From NCBI GenBank assembly GCA_020636535.1, contig JACJXT010000011.1:776680-840679 (forward strand): a stretch of DNA of 64,000 bases, in the 5' to 3' direction. Source of the DNA: Chitinophagales bacterium. Its GTDB lineage: Bacteria; Bacteroidota; Bacteroidia; Chitinophagales; JADIYW01. The number at the start of each line of letters is the position of its first letter. The stretch's first letter is position 1. Both the position numbers and the translations under genes were made by a program. Below, in pieces: positions 18,856-28,221 of this stretch. A model generated the notes under the pieces. That model saw only the letters and a program-made list of their open reading frames with translations, had not been told where the DNA came from and did no database searches.

Positions 18856-19983
18856 TTAGTTCTCTTCTTTCAATAAATCTTTTAATGCTTCTTCAAGTGC
18901 TTTGCCTCGTAAGTTTTTTTGTATGATAACTAAGTTTTTGTCTAATAAAAAAGTACTAGGTATTGATTGGACACCGTAGGTTTGTGCTGCTACAGAACTC
19001 CAACCTTTTAAATCAGATACATGATTTTTCCAAACTAAACCATCTTTTGCAATAGCATTTTTCCATGGTCCAAGATTGTTATCTAACGAAACAGAAAATA
19101 TTTCAAATCCTTTGTCTTTATACTTATTATAAGTTTTAACTACATTTGGATTTTCTTGTCGACATGGTCCACACCACGACGCCCAAAAATCTATCAATAC
19201 ATATTTGCCTTTTAAATCGTAGAGCGAAAGCGTATCGCCATTTGGACTTGGCAACATAATATTTGGTGCTTTTGAACCAACAGCAACGCCAGACACTTGT
19301 TCTTGCATCAAGGCATCTTTATACGATTGCAAACTTTGACTCCATAAGTTGACATAAGTTGATTCTTTATCTTTTGCTACGGCTTTATCTACTGTTTTAA
19401 TAAAAAATGCTGCTTCATCTTGAAAGAAACTTGCTAAATAATTTAAACCAAAACAGGCAACTTCTACATTGTCTTCTTTTTCTATAAATGATTTAATTGC
19501 ATTAACATAATTCTCTTTTGCTAGTACTTGATTTTGGTCTAATGAATCTTTTAGTTTAGCATTAGTGTTGTTTTTAAATTCTGAATAAGCACTATCTAAT
19601 AAAATTGCTTTTTCGTTGGCAATAGCATTTAAAGCAGCTAAGTCTTCGCTACCTTTATTACCTTTAATTTCGTAAGCAGGAAATTGATTTAAATCTAAAG
19701 ATACTTCTAGTTTATCTCCGTTTTCTACATATATAATGATGTCTTTTTTATCACCAAATCGTAGACGCATTAATTTATTTAAAGAATAATTTTTAATATG
19801 AAATTTATTGTTCACTATAGTAACGGTGTCAATAGTTTCTACATTATTGGTAGAAATATCTTCTAATGCAACTTGAGTTCCGTTGGCATTTAAAACAGTT
19901 CCATCGATAGTAAACCCTTTAAACTTATTACATGATGAAAATAATATTAATGATAGTATTATGAATAAATATTTTGATTTCAT
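18856..19983 (-). CDS. TlpA/ResA-like thiol:disulfide oxidoreductase lipoprotein with an N-terminal extension
   Basis: Lipobox FSSC and a C-terminal thioredoxin fold with FWASWCGPCRQENP. Confidence 0.85.
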   Translation of the reverse strand: MKSKYLFIILSLILFSSCNKFKGFTIDGTVLNANGTQVALEDISTNNVETIDTVTIVNNKFHIKNYSLNKLMRLRFGDKKDIIIYVENGDKLEVSLDLNQFPAYEIKGNKGSEDLAALNAIANEKAILLDSAYSEFKNNTNAKLKDSLDQNQVLAKENYVNAIKSFIEKEDNVEVACFGLNYLASFFQDEAAFFIKTVDKAVAKDKESTYVNLWSQSLQSYKDALMQEQVSGVAVGSKAPNIMLPSPNGDTLSLYDLKGKYVLIDFWASWCGPCRQENPNVVKTYNKYKDKGFEIFSVSLDNNLGPWKNAIAKDGLVWKNHVSDLKGWSSVAAQTYGVQSIPSTFLLDKNLVIIQKNLRGKALEEALKDLLKEEN

Positions 19984-19984
19984 A

Positions 19985-21430
19985 TTAGTTGTTTAGTTTT
20001 TTACTCAATATTTGATTGGTTAATTTTGGATCTGCTTTTCCTTTAGACACTTTCATTACTTCGCCCATAAACAAACCAATTAATCCTTTTTTGCCTTTTT
20101 TATATTCTTCTACTTTTTCTGGTAGTTGATTCAATACACTATCAATCCATTGTTCTAATTCGTCTGCATTAGATGACTGAATTAAATTGAGTTGTTCTGC
20201 TAATGCTTTTGGTGTTTGACTAGGTTGCTCTAACAAGTGCTGAAATATAGTTTTTGCAGCAGATGAGTTGATTAAATTCTCATCGGTTAAGGCAATTAAA
20301 GCAGCAATTTTATCTGTTTGAATTGGAAACTCGTTGATGCTTAATCCTTTATCGTTTAAATACGATTTAACTTCACCCATTATCCAGTTGGCAGCAGATT
20401 TATAATTTTTGGTTTGCTGTGTTAAATCAACAAAATACAAAGCAATATCTTTTTCGTCTGTAAGTACCGTAGCATCATAGTCAGATAAACCCAACTCATT
20501 CGTAAATTGTAAATACAATTGTTTTGGTAGTGGAGGCATATTGGCTTTTATCGTTTCAATTTGTGCATCTGTAACAACAGCAGGTGGTAAGTCTGGTTCT
20601 GGAAAATAACGATAATCATGTGCAAACTCTTTGCTTCGCAAGACAAAAGAACTACCATCAGTTGCTACAAAACTTCTCGTTTCTTGATCAACAGTTCCAC
20701 CAGCTTCAACAATATCTACTTGTCTGATAATTTCGTTGTCGATAGCTCTTTTTACATTACGAATAGAGTTCATGTTTTTAACTTCGACTCTAGTATTTAG
20801 AATTTTTTCGCCTTTTAAACGAATAGAAATATTGGCATCACAACGCATAGAACCTTCTTCCATATTTCCATCACATATATCTAAATAACGCACTAATTTT
20901 CTAACTTCTGTAAGGTACGCATAGGCTTCATCACTAGAAGTAATACAAGGTTCAGACACAATTTCTACCAAAGGTGTACCTGCTCTGTTTAAATCGACCA
21001 AAGAATAAAATGGATCTAACTCGTGGTTGTTTTTACCAGCATCTTCTTCCATGTGTACTCTTGTTAATTCTATTTCTTTTTTAGTACCATTGATTTCAAT
21101 TTCAACAGTTCCACCAACACAAATTGGCGTTTTATCTTGTGTAATTTGGTAACCTTTAGGTAGATCGGCATAGTAGTAATTTTTTCTAGCAAATTCATTG
21201 ACTTTAGTAATATTTGAACCACAAGCAATACCCATTTTAATAGCTTTTTCTAAAACAGCTTTGTTGAGTTTTGGCAAAACACCAGGCATGCCAAGCGTAA
21301 TAGCACCAACTTGCGTGTTTGGTTCGGCACCAAAAGTGGTAGCATCTGCTGCGAAAATTTTTGTAGTAGTATTTAATTGAGCGTGTACTTCTAAACCAAT
21401 CACCGCTTCGTATTTATCGTAAACAGACAT
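19985..21430 (-). CDS. gatB: Asp-tRNA(Asn)/Glu-tRNA(Gln) amidotransferase subunit B
   Basis: N-terminus YEAVIGLEVHAQL and a C-terminal YqeY-like tail, 481 aa. Confidence 0.95.
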   Translation of the reverse strand: MSVYDKYEAVIGLEVHAQLNTTTKIFAADATTFGAEPNTQVGAITLGMPGVLPKLNKAVLEKAIKMGIACGSNITKVNEFARKNYYYADLPKGYQITQDKTPICVGGTVEIEINGTKKEIELTRVHMEEDAGKNNHELDPFYSLVDLNRAGTPLVEIVSEPCITSSDEAYAYLTEVRKLVRYLDICDGNMEEGSMRCDANISIRLKGEKILNTRVEVKNMNSIRNVKRAIDNEIIRQVDIVEAGGTVDQETRSFVATDGSSFVLRSKEFAHDYRYFPEPDLPPAVVTDAQIETIKANMPPLPKQLYLQFTNELGLSDYDATVLTDEKDIALYFVDLTQQTKNYKSAANWIMGEVKSYLNDKGLSINEFPIQTDKIAALIALTDENLINSSAAKTIFQHLLEQPSQTPKALAEQLNLIQSSNADELEQWIDSVLNQLPEKVEEYKKGKKGLIGLFMGEVMKVSKGKADPKLTNQILSKKLNN

Positions 21431-21963
21431 GTATTTAATTTAAGTGGCTAATTTCGTTAAAATGCATTGAATTATAAAATTTAAGGTATTAAATTAGTAT
21501 TGAGATTGTTGGATTACAAGTAGTAAGTACTAAGAATTTTTGTATTTAGACTGTTGGATTGTTAGATTTTTATTTCAATTGGTTATAAAGCCAACAAACA
21601 TGTACTACTAGCTGCCATGACCTACAACTTACAGAAGTACTTAAAGTTTATTACCCAAACCAGAAAAATAGCCATAAAAGCAATAGAAATAGCCAAAAAA
21701 TAGCTAAAAAATGCTATAAAAAGCTTAATTTTTAACATTTGTGTACCAGTAAGCTACCAAAAGTACCACACAAAAATACCAAAACCAAAATATAATTTAT
21801 ATAAATAAGTATATGTAATAGTGTATACTTATATTTTTTAGCATTTTTTACCCAGTTGTGCAACGGTCATCCGTGTTATGTATCGTATTTTTTATTTTTG
21901 TTGTTTTATTTGTGAATTTGTATTTTACTTCTCATATTTGCAAATAATAAAAAAGTTTTGATT

Positions 21964-22269
21964 ATGTCTGAATGGAATAATAAAGTCAAACGAATACTAA
22001 AATCTGAATTGGTTAAGAGAGGTTTATCAACGGAAGATTTAGTCCATTTGTTGAATGAAAATGGCTGTACAGAAACCAAATCAAGTGTTGATAGTAAAAT
22101 TAGTCGTGGTACTTTTAGTGCTTCCTTTTTTATGCAATGTTTGTTTGTTATCGGTTGTACTAAAATTGAAATTGAAGAATATCGTTCAGTTGTTCCAATT
22201 TATGAAACATCAAATTTAATGGTCGCAGAACCCAATGTTGAATATAAAGCAGTAAAAGATGAAAACTAA
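21964..22269 (+). CDS. Small R-M-associated protein (DUF6471-like by recollection), possible regulator
   Basis: About 100 aa. The segment KSSVDSKISRGTFSASFFMQCL resembles, from memory, a family found next to methyltransferases. It overlaps the methyltransferase start by 11 nt. I prefer the ATG at 21964. Confidence 0.4.
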   Translation: MSEWNNKVKRILKSELVKRGLSTEDLVHLLNENGCTETKSSVDSKISRGTFSASFFMQCLFVIGCTKIEIEEYRSVVPIYETSNLMVAEPNVEYKAVKDEN

Positions 22270-23629
22270 ATTAAAATTTATTGATTTATTTGCAGGTCTT
22301 GGTGGTATTCGTCTTGGTTTTGAACAAGCTTGTCAAGAAAGGGGAATTGAAGCTGAATGTGTTTTGACCTCGGAAATCAAACCTTATGCAATCGAAACAC
22401 TTAAACACAATTATCATCACGAAAATTTTGTAGGAGATATTTTTCAGGTTAAAAATGAAGATATTCCGCAATTTGATTTTTTATTTGGTGGTTTTCCTTG
22501 TCAGCCGTTTAGTGCAAGCGGAAAACGAAATGGTTTTGCAGATACAAGAGGAACTTTATTTTTTGAAATCGAAAGAATTATCAAATATCATCAGCCAAAA
22601 GGTTTTATTCTTGAAAATGTTGAAGGATTGGTAAAGCACGATTTGGAAGATAAAAATGACGAAATTGGAAGAACGCTAAAGACAATTTTAGACAAACTTG
22701 AAAACGAATTGGAGTATCAAGTGACTTGGAAAGTTTTGGATAGCGTTCATTTTGGAGTACCACAATCGAGAAAGCGTATTTTTATCGTTGGTACTAAAAA
22801 CGAAAAAGTATCATTAGATAATTTTGAATCTACTTTTAAAGTTTTAAAAGATGTTTTAGAAACTTCTAAACCAACAATGAATACTGATTTTACAAAAAAG
22901 TTGCTTTCTCATTTTTCAGTTGAGGAACTTTATGGAAAGTCAATTAAGGACAAGCGAGGTGGGGAAAATAATATTCATAGTTGGGATATTGGTGTAAAAG
23001 GCGAATGTACAAAAGACCAAATAAATTTGTTAAATAGACTTTTTAAAGAGCGTAGAAAAAAGCAATGGGCAAGTGAAATAGGGATTGATTGGATGGACGG
23101 AATGCCTTTGACTTTAAGCCAAATTCAAACATTTTTTCCTGACAATAATTTATTTAAAAACATTGATATACAAGCACTTTTAGATGATTTGGTGGAAAAA
23201 GGATATATAAAATTTGAACATCCTAAAAAATTAGTAACCGAAATTACAGAGAGCGGGACAATTACATCTCGTGTATATGACGAAACAAAACCGAAAGGTT
23301 ACAATATTGTAACAGGAAAATTAAGTTTTGAAATCAATAAAATTTTAAATCCGAATGAAATTGCACCAACTTTGGTTGCAACCGATATGGTTAAAATTGT
23401 TGTCCCTGACGGAAAAGGCGTAAGAAGATTGACGATAAGGGAAGGGTTAAGAATTTTCGGTTATCCCGAAAATTACGAAATTCCTGTAAAAGAAAGTTTG
23501 GCTTTCGATTTGTTAGGAAATACAGTTGTTGTTCCTGTCATCAAAGCTGTTTCAGAGCGAATTTTAGATGCTATGAAAGTCGAAGAATACGAATTATTAG
23601 AAACAGAAAACGCAGGAGTTAGAGTTTAA
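22259..23629 (+). CDS. DNA (cytosine-5)-methyltransferase
   Basis: Motif I FAGLGG, motif IV FPCQPFS, motif VI ENV, motif VIII QSRKRIF and motif X GNTV, with a long variable target-recognition region. Confidence 0.92.
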   Translation: MKTKLKFIDLFAGLGGIRLGFEQACQERGIEAECVLTSEIKPYAIETLKHNYHHENFVGDIFQVKNEDIPQFDFLFGGFPCQPFSASGKRNGFADTRGTLFFEIERIIKYHQPKGFILENVEGLVKHDLEDKNDEIGRTLKTILDKLENELEYQVTWKVLDSVHFGVPQSRKRIFIVGTKNEKVSLDNFESTFKVLKDVLETSKPTMNTDFTKKLLSHFSVEELYGKSIKDKRGGENNIHSWDIGVKGECTKDQINLLNRLFKERRKKQWASEIGIDWMDGMPLTLSQIQTFFPDNNLFKNIDIQALLDDLVEKGYIKFEHPKKLVTEITESGTITSRVYDETKPKGYNIVTGKLSFEINKILNPNEIAPTLVATDMVKIVVPDGKGVRRLTIREGLRIFGYPENYEIPVKESLAFDLLGNTVVVPVIKAVSERILDAMKVEEYELLETENAGVRV

Positions 23630-24308
23630 TTCCTGTATTTTCAAAATATTTTTCCTTTACATTTTTAAGCCAATTTTCGCTGTAACTGCTTGTACTGTGC
23701 GAATATTTTTCAAGCGTTTGAGAGATAGCGTTTATAAATTCTGTTTTGTTTGCAAAAGGTTTGTTTCTTGCCGTTTTTGCATACCATTTTATAGGTCTTA
23801 AATTGTAGGGTTGACTGTTTTTAGTTTGCATATTTACAGGATTTGTTCCTGAAGTTCCTGCAATTTCCCATACTTTTTTGAGCCATAAATTGTCCACACT
23901 CAAAACAGAATCAACCATTTTATAACCAAAAATCAAATAATCAGCATCAATCCTTTCAGGTTTTACAAGTAAAGATTTATTGTAAGAATCAAAGTTTGCA
24001 ATATCAAATGCTGGTGTAGCATTTGCGTTAAAAGTTTTGATTTCTAAAAATCCACTTTTATCGTTTTCAGCAAGTAAAAAGTCTGGAAATTCTTGTGTAT
24101 TTACTCTTGTTCTAAAATAAAAATTCTTTTGCTTTAGCCATTCACCAAGCCATTCTTGTAGTAAATCTCCGATTGCATCTTTTCCGTTGTATTTTGCAGA
24201 AATTCCACCAAGTATAATTTCAACACTTCCGATTTGTTCTTTGATTTTAAACTCGTTTAATAACAAGTCGTAAATTTCATTCGCTGTTACTTTTTTCTTT
24301 TCTGCCAT
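23619..24308 (-). CDS. Putative type II restriction endonuclease (PD-(D/E)xK)
   Basis: Convergent with the C5-MTase, with the two 3' ends overlapping by 11 nt. Candidate catalytic motif FPDFLL...(13 aa)...FLEIKTF. The start is set at the ATG of MAEKKK. Confidence 0.55.
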   Translation of the reverse strand: MAEKKKVTANEIYDLLLNEFKIKEQIGSVEIILGGISAKYNGKDAIGDLLQEWLGEWLKQKNFYFRTRVNTQEFPDFLLAENDKSGFLEIKTFNANATPAFDIANFDSYNKSLLVKPERIDADYLIFGYKMVDSVLSVDNLWLKKVWEIAGTSGTNPVNMQTKNSQPYNLRPIKWYAKTARNKPFANKTEFINAISQTLEKYSHSTSSYSENWLKNVKEKYFENTGIKL

Positions 24309-24503
24309 TCGTTCATTTGGTAATGTTAAAATTCTGTCGCAAATGTACAAATATTTTGTTGATGTTCATTATTGTTATGCGTTTGGTAATATGGCATACA
24401 ACGTTTTGCGTGTATGAGAAGTAGCGGATTAAAAAGCACTTCACTTTCAGTTTGGCACTGACTTTTATTAAAAGTACTGACCTTTGATTTAGCACTGAAC
24501 CCG

Positions 24504-24752
24504 CTATTTCTTATACACGCTGTTACCTGCTGGCTTTTCTTCTTTCGCATTTTCATTAATCAGTTCTTTAACAGATACATTTAGTATTTCGGCTATTTGA
24601 AAAAGTGTCTCAATAGATGGTTGCATATCATTAGTACACCACCTTGAAACTGTTGATTTGTCTTTTTCTATTTTTTCGGCAAGCCACTTGCTAGACCTGT
24701 CTTGTTCTGTCAGAACTATTTTTATGCGATTATATTTAAAATTGATTTTCAC
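24504..24752 (-). CDS. XRE-family helix-turn-helix protein, candidate R-M controller (C protein)
   Basis: HTH segment SKWLAEKIEKDKSTVSRWCTNDMQPSIETLFQIAEIL. It has a GTG start and is divergent from the second R-M pair. Confidence 0.75.
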   Translation of the reverse strand: MKINFKYNRIKIVLTEQDRSSKWLAEKIEKDKSTVSRWCTNDMQPSIETLFQIAEILNVSVKELINENAKEEKPAGNSVYKK

Positions 24753-24872
24753 GAAAATTAATTTGCGTATTACGAAACTTTAGTTTATATTTGTGAAATA
24801 TATTCAAAGTTAGGCGAATTTTGCCATATAAATTGAGTTTCTTTGTAAAATAATCAAAGAAATATTATAAGT

Positions 24873-25436
24873 ATGTGCAAAATCGAGGACAAATTAAATG
24901 AGGTTTTAGGTAAATATGCTGATAGTTTTACAGATAAAGTTTACGTTGATGATTTTAACGATTCAGATGTATTAATGGAGGCGTTTGGTATTACTCAGAA
25001 ACTTAAAAGTGAAAACAAACAATATTGGGGTCGAGAACTTGGTAAGTGTTGGGAAAATTTGTTACGAGATTTGTTTGAAGTCACTTGTGTAAATTTTGCA
25101 CCACCCAAAAGATTTGGGCAAGATGAACCTGCTGATTTCTTTTGTGGGAAAGATGCGATTGATACAAAATATAGAGTTGGTTCAGGAGATTCAGGGACTT
25201 TAAAGAAATTTGAATCTTATGGCAAACTTCTACAAGAAGAAGGATATAGACCTGTTTTCTTGTTTTTAAGGTCTGATAATCTAAATGCGGCTTTAAGCAA
25301 AATGGATGCTGGTGGCTGGACAAGATATGTTGGTGATGACACTTTTGAATATATAAAGGAGAAGACAGGTTTTGATTTGAAACGCTGGCTAATTGATTTG
25401 AAAGATAAAGGAACATTTAAAATTATTAGAAAATGA
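24873..25436 (+). CDS. Putative type II restriction endonuclease
   Basis: 187 aa, overlapping the downstream methyltransferase start by 4 nt. Candidate PD..D-x-K motif EPADFFCGKDAIDTKY. The call rests mainly on position. Confidence 0.45.
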   Translation: MCKIEDKLNEVLGKYADSFTDKVYVDDFNDSDVLMEAFGITQKLKSENKQYWGRELGKCWENLLRDLFEVTCVNFAPPKRFGQDEPADFFCGKDAIDTKYRVGSGDSGTLKKFESYGKLLQEEGYRPVFLFLRSDNLNAALSKMDAGGWTRYVGDDTFEYIKEKTGFDLKRWLIDLKDKGTFKIIRK

Positions 25437-26365
25437 AATTTGAATTAAATAAGGTTTATTCTGGGGATTGTATTGATGTTATGAAAAAGTTTCCCGAAGA
25501 ATCTATTGCTTGTTGTATTACTGACCCACCATATAACTATGAGTTCATTGGTCATAAGTGGAGCGACTCAGAAGTTAAGCGAAGAACAGAACGGGTTCAA
25601 GACAGTAAAACAATGGTAAAAAATATACCTTATGGAAGTGGTCTAGCTGGTGGCGTTCGCAATGCTCGTTGGTATGAGAAAAATAGAAACAATGATTTAG
25701 AATATATGCGTTGGTGTCAATTGTGGACAGATGAATTGTTTAGAATCTGTAAAGCTGGAGCACCTGTTGCTGTTTTTAATAGTAATCGTTCTATTGCTCA
25801 CGTTCAAATTGCACTAGAAAATAGTGGGTTTTATACAAGAGATGTCCTTGTTTATAGAAGAAATTCAGGTATTCCTAGAGGTCTTAATTTAGAAGGTAAA
25901 TTAGAAAAAATGGAAAATCCTGATGCTGAAAAGTGGAGCGGTTGGCATAGTGCTTTTAGAAATGAATGGGAAGGAATTGTTTTGGTTCAGAAGCCATTAG
26001 AGAATAATTATTGGGAAACTTTACAGAAAACTAATGTCGGTGTTTTTAAAACTGTCAATCAAGATGGTTCTTTCCAATCAAATATTCTTGAAAATCTAAG
26101 TAAGAAAGATAAGTCTGAAAAATATAGTCATTGTACTGTTAAGCCATTGACTTTGATTAAAAAACTGGTCGATACTCTTTGTCCACTGCACGAAGAGAAT
26201 ATAATTTTTGACCCATTTGCTGGAAGTGGTACTACCTTAGTTGCTGCACAAGAATTAGGTTTCAATTTTGTTGGTGTCGAAATTGAGGAAAACTATATTC
26301 CAATAATTAATGAAAGGTTGAAATCGTCAAAACTTCATAAGGAGTTGAATCCGTCTCTCTTTTAA
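25433..26365 (+). CDS. DNA methyltransferase, N6-adenine/N4-cytosine type (beta-class motif order)
   Basis: Catalytic motif IV TDPPYN near the N-terminus and the AdoMet motif I FDPFAGSGTT near the C-terminus. Confidence 0.9.
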   Translation: MKFELNKVYSGDCIDVMKKFPEESIACCITDPPYNYEFIGHKWSDSEVKRRTERVQDSKTMVKNIPYGSGLAGGVRNARWYEKNRNNDLEYMRWCQLWTDELFRICKAGAPVAVFNSNRSIAHVQIALENSGFYTRDVLVYRRNSGIPRGLNLEGKLEKMENPDAEKWSGWHSAFRNEWEGIVLVQKPLENNYWETLQKTNVGVFKTVNQDGSFQSNILENLSKKDKSEKYSHCTVKPLTLIKKLVDTLCPLHEENIIFDPFAGSGTTLVAAQELGFNFVGVEIEENYIPIINERLKSSKLHKELNPSLF

Positions 26366-26585
26366 GCTTGCAGGTAACTATTATATTACCGCAAGAATTT
26401 GCTGTAATATTTTTATATATCGGCAAGTTTTAGCTATAACAAGATACGCGATTATTTTTAATGGATAAATATTTTATTTGTAATTTATAGTTTTTTATTT
26501 GTAAGCATCAGCGTCCTCTACGAGTGACACTGATGGGAAGAGAATGCACCCAAATGCACAACAGGATTTTAATTCAATTATAAAA

Positions 26586-27113
26586 TTACTGGTCGTGTTT
26601 AACCCATAAAAGCTCCTCAGTGTTATATCCTATGTCTTTTGCTATTTTTAAATATTCTTGTTTTATGTTGTTAGGTATATTGGTTTCACGCGAAAGTATC
26701 CATAAATATTTTAGATTTGATCCTGCAACCAAAGCATATTTATAATCTTTATCAATAGCAATTACATTATATCCAGCATAAAATGGACCAAAAAAAGATA
26801 CTTTTAATCTAGCAATATTATCATCTCCAACAAATTTTGCTTTACCAATAGCTTGTTCCCATTTATCTTTTACTGTATTATATCCTTTGTTATCAACTTT
26901 TATCGATCCATTATCATTTAACGAATATTCTGCGGTAGTATTATTTAGATCTTTTTCATATTTAAAATCTAATCTTGCAATTTCATACCATTTACCAAGA
27001 TATTTTTCTTTGTCAAAAGATTTTACGGCAGTAGCACCTTTAGGTATAGACACACATGAGTTAAATGCAACAACAACTATAAATAGTATATAAATTAATT
27101 TTTTATTTTTCAT
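26586..27113 (-). CDS. blc: Bacterial lipocalin (outer membrane lipoprotein Blc)
   Basis: Lipobox AFNSC and the lipocalin signature GKWYEIARLDFKYE. Length is 175 aa. Confidence 0.85.
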   Translation of the reverse strand: MKNKKLIYILFIVVVAFNSCVSIPKGATAVKSFDKEKYLGKWYEIARLDFKYEKDLNNTTAEYSLNDNGSIKVDNKGYNTVKDKWEQAIGKAKFVGDDNIARLKVSFFGPFYAGYNVIAIDKDYKYALVAGSNLKYLWILSRETNIPNNIKQEYLKIAKDIGYNTEELLWVKHDQ

Positions 27114-27322
27114 TTTGATTATAGTTTTAAAATGACGGTTTTGTTTTGATTATAATTAACCAATAAGTTACTCTTTAATTTTTAATAATAATGTTTTTAT
27201 TAACAGTAAAAAGACTAAAATGTTTTTATACAAACTGTTTTTTTATTAATTTTTAGAGATTATTACTGTTTAGTTGGTACTGCTCAAAATTTTGCAATGA
27301 TTATTGATTGCTAATTAATAGT

Positions 27323-28210
27323 TTACTCTTTTATTTGAATGGGTTTGTCAAAAATATTTATGCCACCTTTTACGCCAAAATCTAAAGTAGTAACAGGATA
27401 AGCAATAGAAATATTTTCTTGTTCAAATCGTTTTTTTATTTGCATAATGGCATCATTCATGCCTCTACAATAATCATCGTTGCTATCGAATTGTACCCAA
27501 AATCGCAACATAAAATTATAAGTTGAACCACCAATATTGGTATAGTAGAAGTCTACGCCTTCATTAGGTAAATAGTGCTTAATGTTTTTCACTTCATCTA
27601 AAGCTACTGTTCGTACATGCTCTAAATCATCGCCATAAGAAACACCTGTTTCTAGTATAATTCTTCTTTTTCTCCACGAAGAGTAATTAGTAAAAGTATT
27701 ATTATATACATTTTGATTAGGTACAAAAACTTCTTGTCCAGGAACTGTTTTAATTTTTGTAGTAACTGAACCAATTTCTAATACTACACCATAATTGCCA
27801 TCAATATCTACCCAGTCGTTTTTTTTATATGGTCGTTGAATTTTTAATAATAATCCTGCAAAAAAATTGCTACCAATATCTTTAAATGCAAAACCAGCTA
27901 CTACGCCAACCACTCCTGCACCAGCTAAAACATGCTTTAGCATTATTTCTAAACCAGCTACTTGTAATGCGATAATTGTTCCTGAAAGTATTAAAAAGAA
28001 ATAAATTACAGTAGAAATTAGATATGCTGCATCGGTGTATTTTTTTATAGTACGACTGTAAAATGCAAAGCTTATTTTTCTTGCAATTTTAGCAACAAAA
28101 ATAAATACAATAAAAACAATTGCTGCTAAAAATAGTTTTGGTAAATGATGATAAACAACATCTTTCCAATCGTATAAAATTTTAGATAAACTATTTAATG
28201 ACTCGTTCAT
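27323..28210 (-). CDS. Mechanosensitive ion channel (MscS family)
   Basis: Three N-terminal TM helices, the pore-helix glycine/alanine pattern AGAGVVGVVAGFAFKD and a beta-domain. Confidence 0.85.
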   Translation of the reverse strand: MNESLNSLSKILYDWKDVVYHHLPKLFLAAIVFIVFIFVAKIARKISFAFYSRTIKKYTDAAYLISTVIYFFLILSGTIIALQVAGLEIMLKHVLAGAGVVGVVAGFAFKDIGSNFFAGLLLKIQRPYKKNDWVDIDGNYGVVLEIGSVTTKIKTVPGQEVFVPNQNVYNNTFTNYSSWRKRRIILETGVSYGDDLEHVRTVALDEVKNIKHYLPNEGVDFYYTNIGGSTYNFMLRFWVQFDSNDDYCRGMNDAIMQIKKRFEQENISIAYPVTTLDFGVKGGINIFDKPIQIKE

Positions 28211-28221
28211 AAAATTATTAA

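Noticed and set aside
24313-24556. Small ORFs (60 and 76 aa) between the first endonuclease gene and the HTH gene
   Set aside because: They overlap each other and the ends of better-supported genes. Their products are low-complexity and have no recognisable motifs.
21851-26566. Possible att-like direct repeats flanking the R-M islet (acccagttgtgcaacgg at ~21851 and acccaaatgcacaacagg at ~26549)
   Set aside because: The match is only partial (about 12 of 17-18 positions with a gap). There is no integrase or tRNA nearby, so this could be chance.
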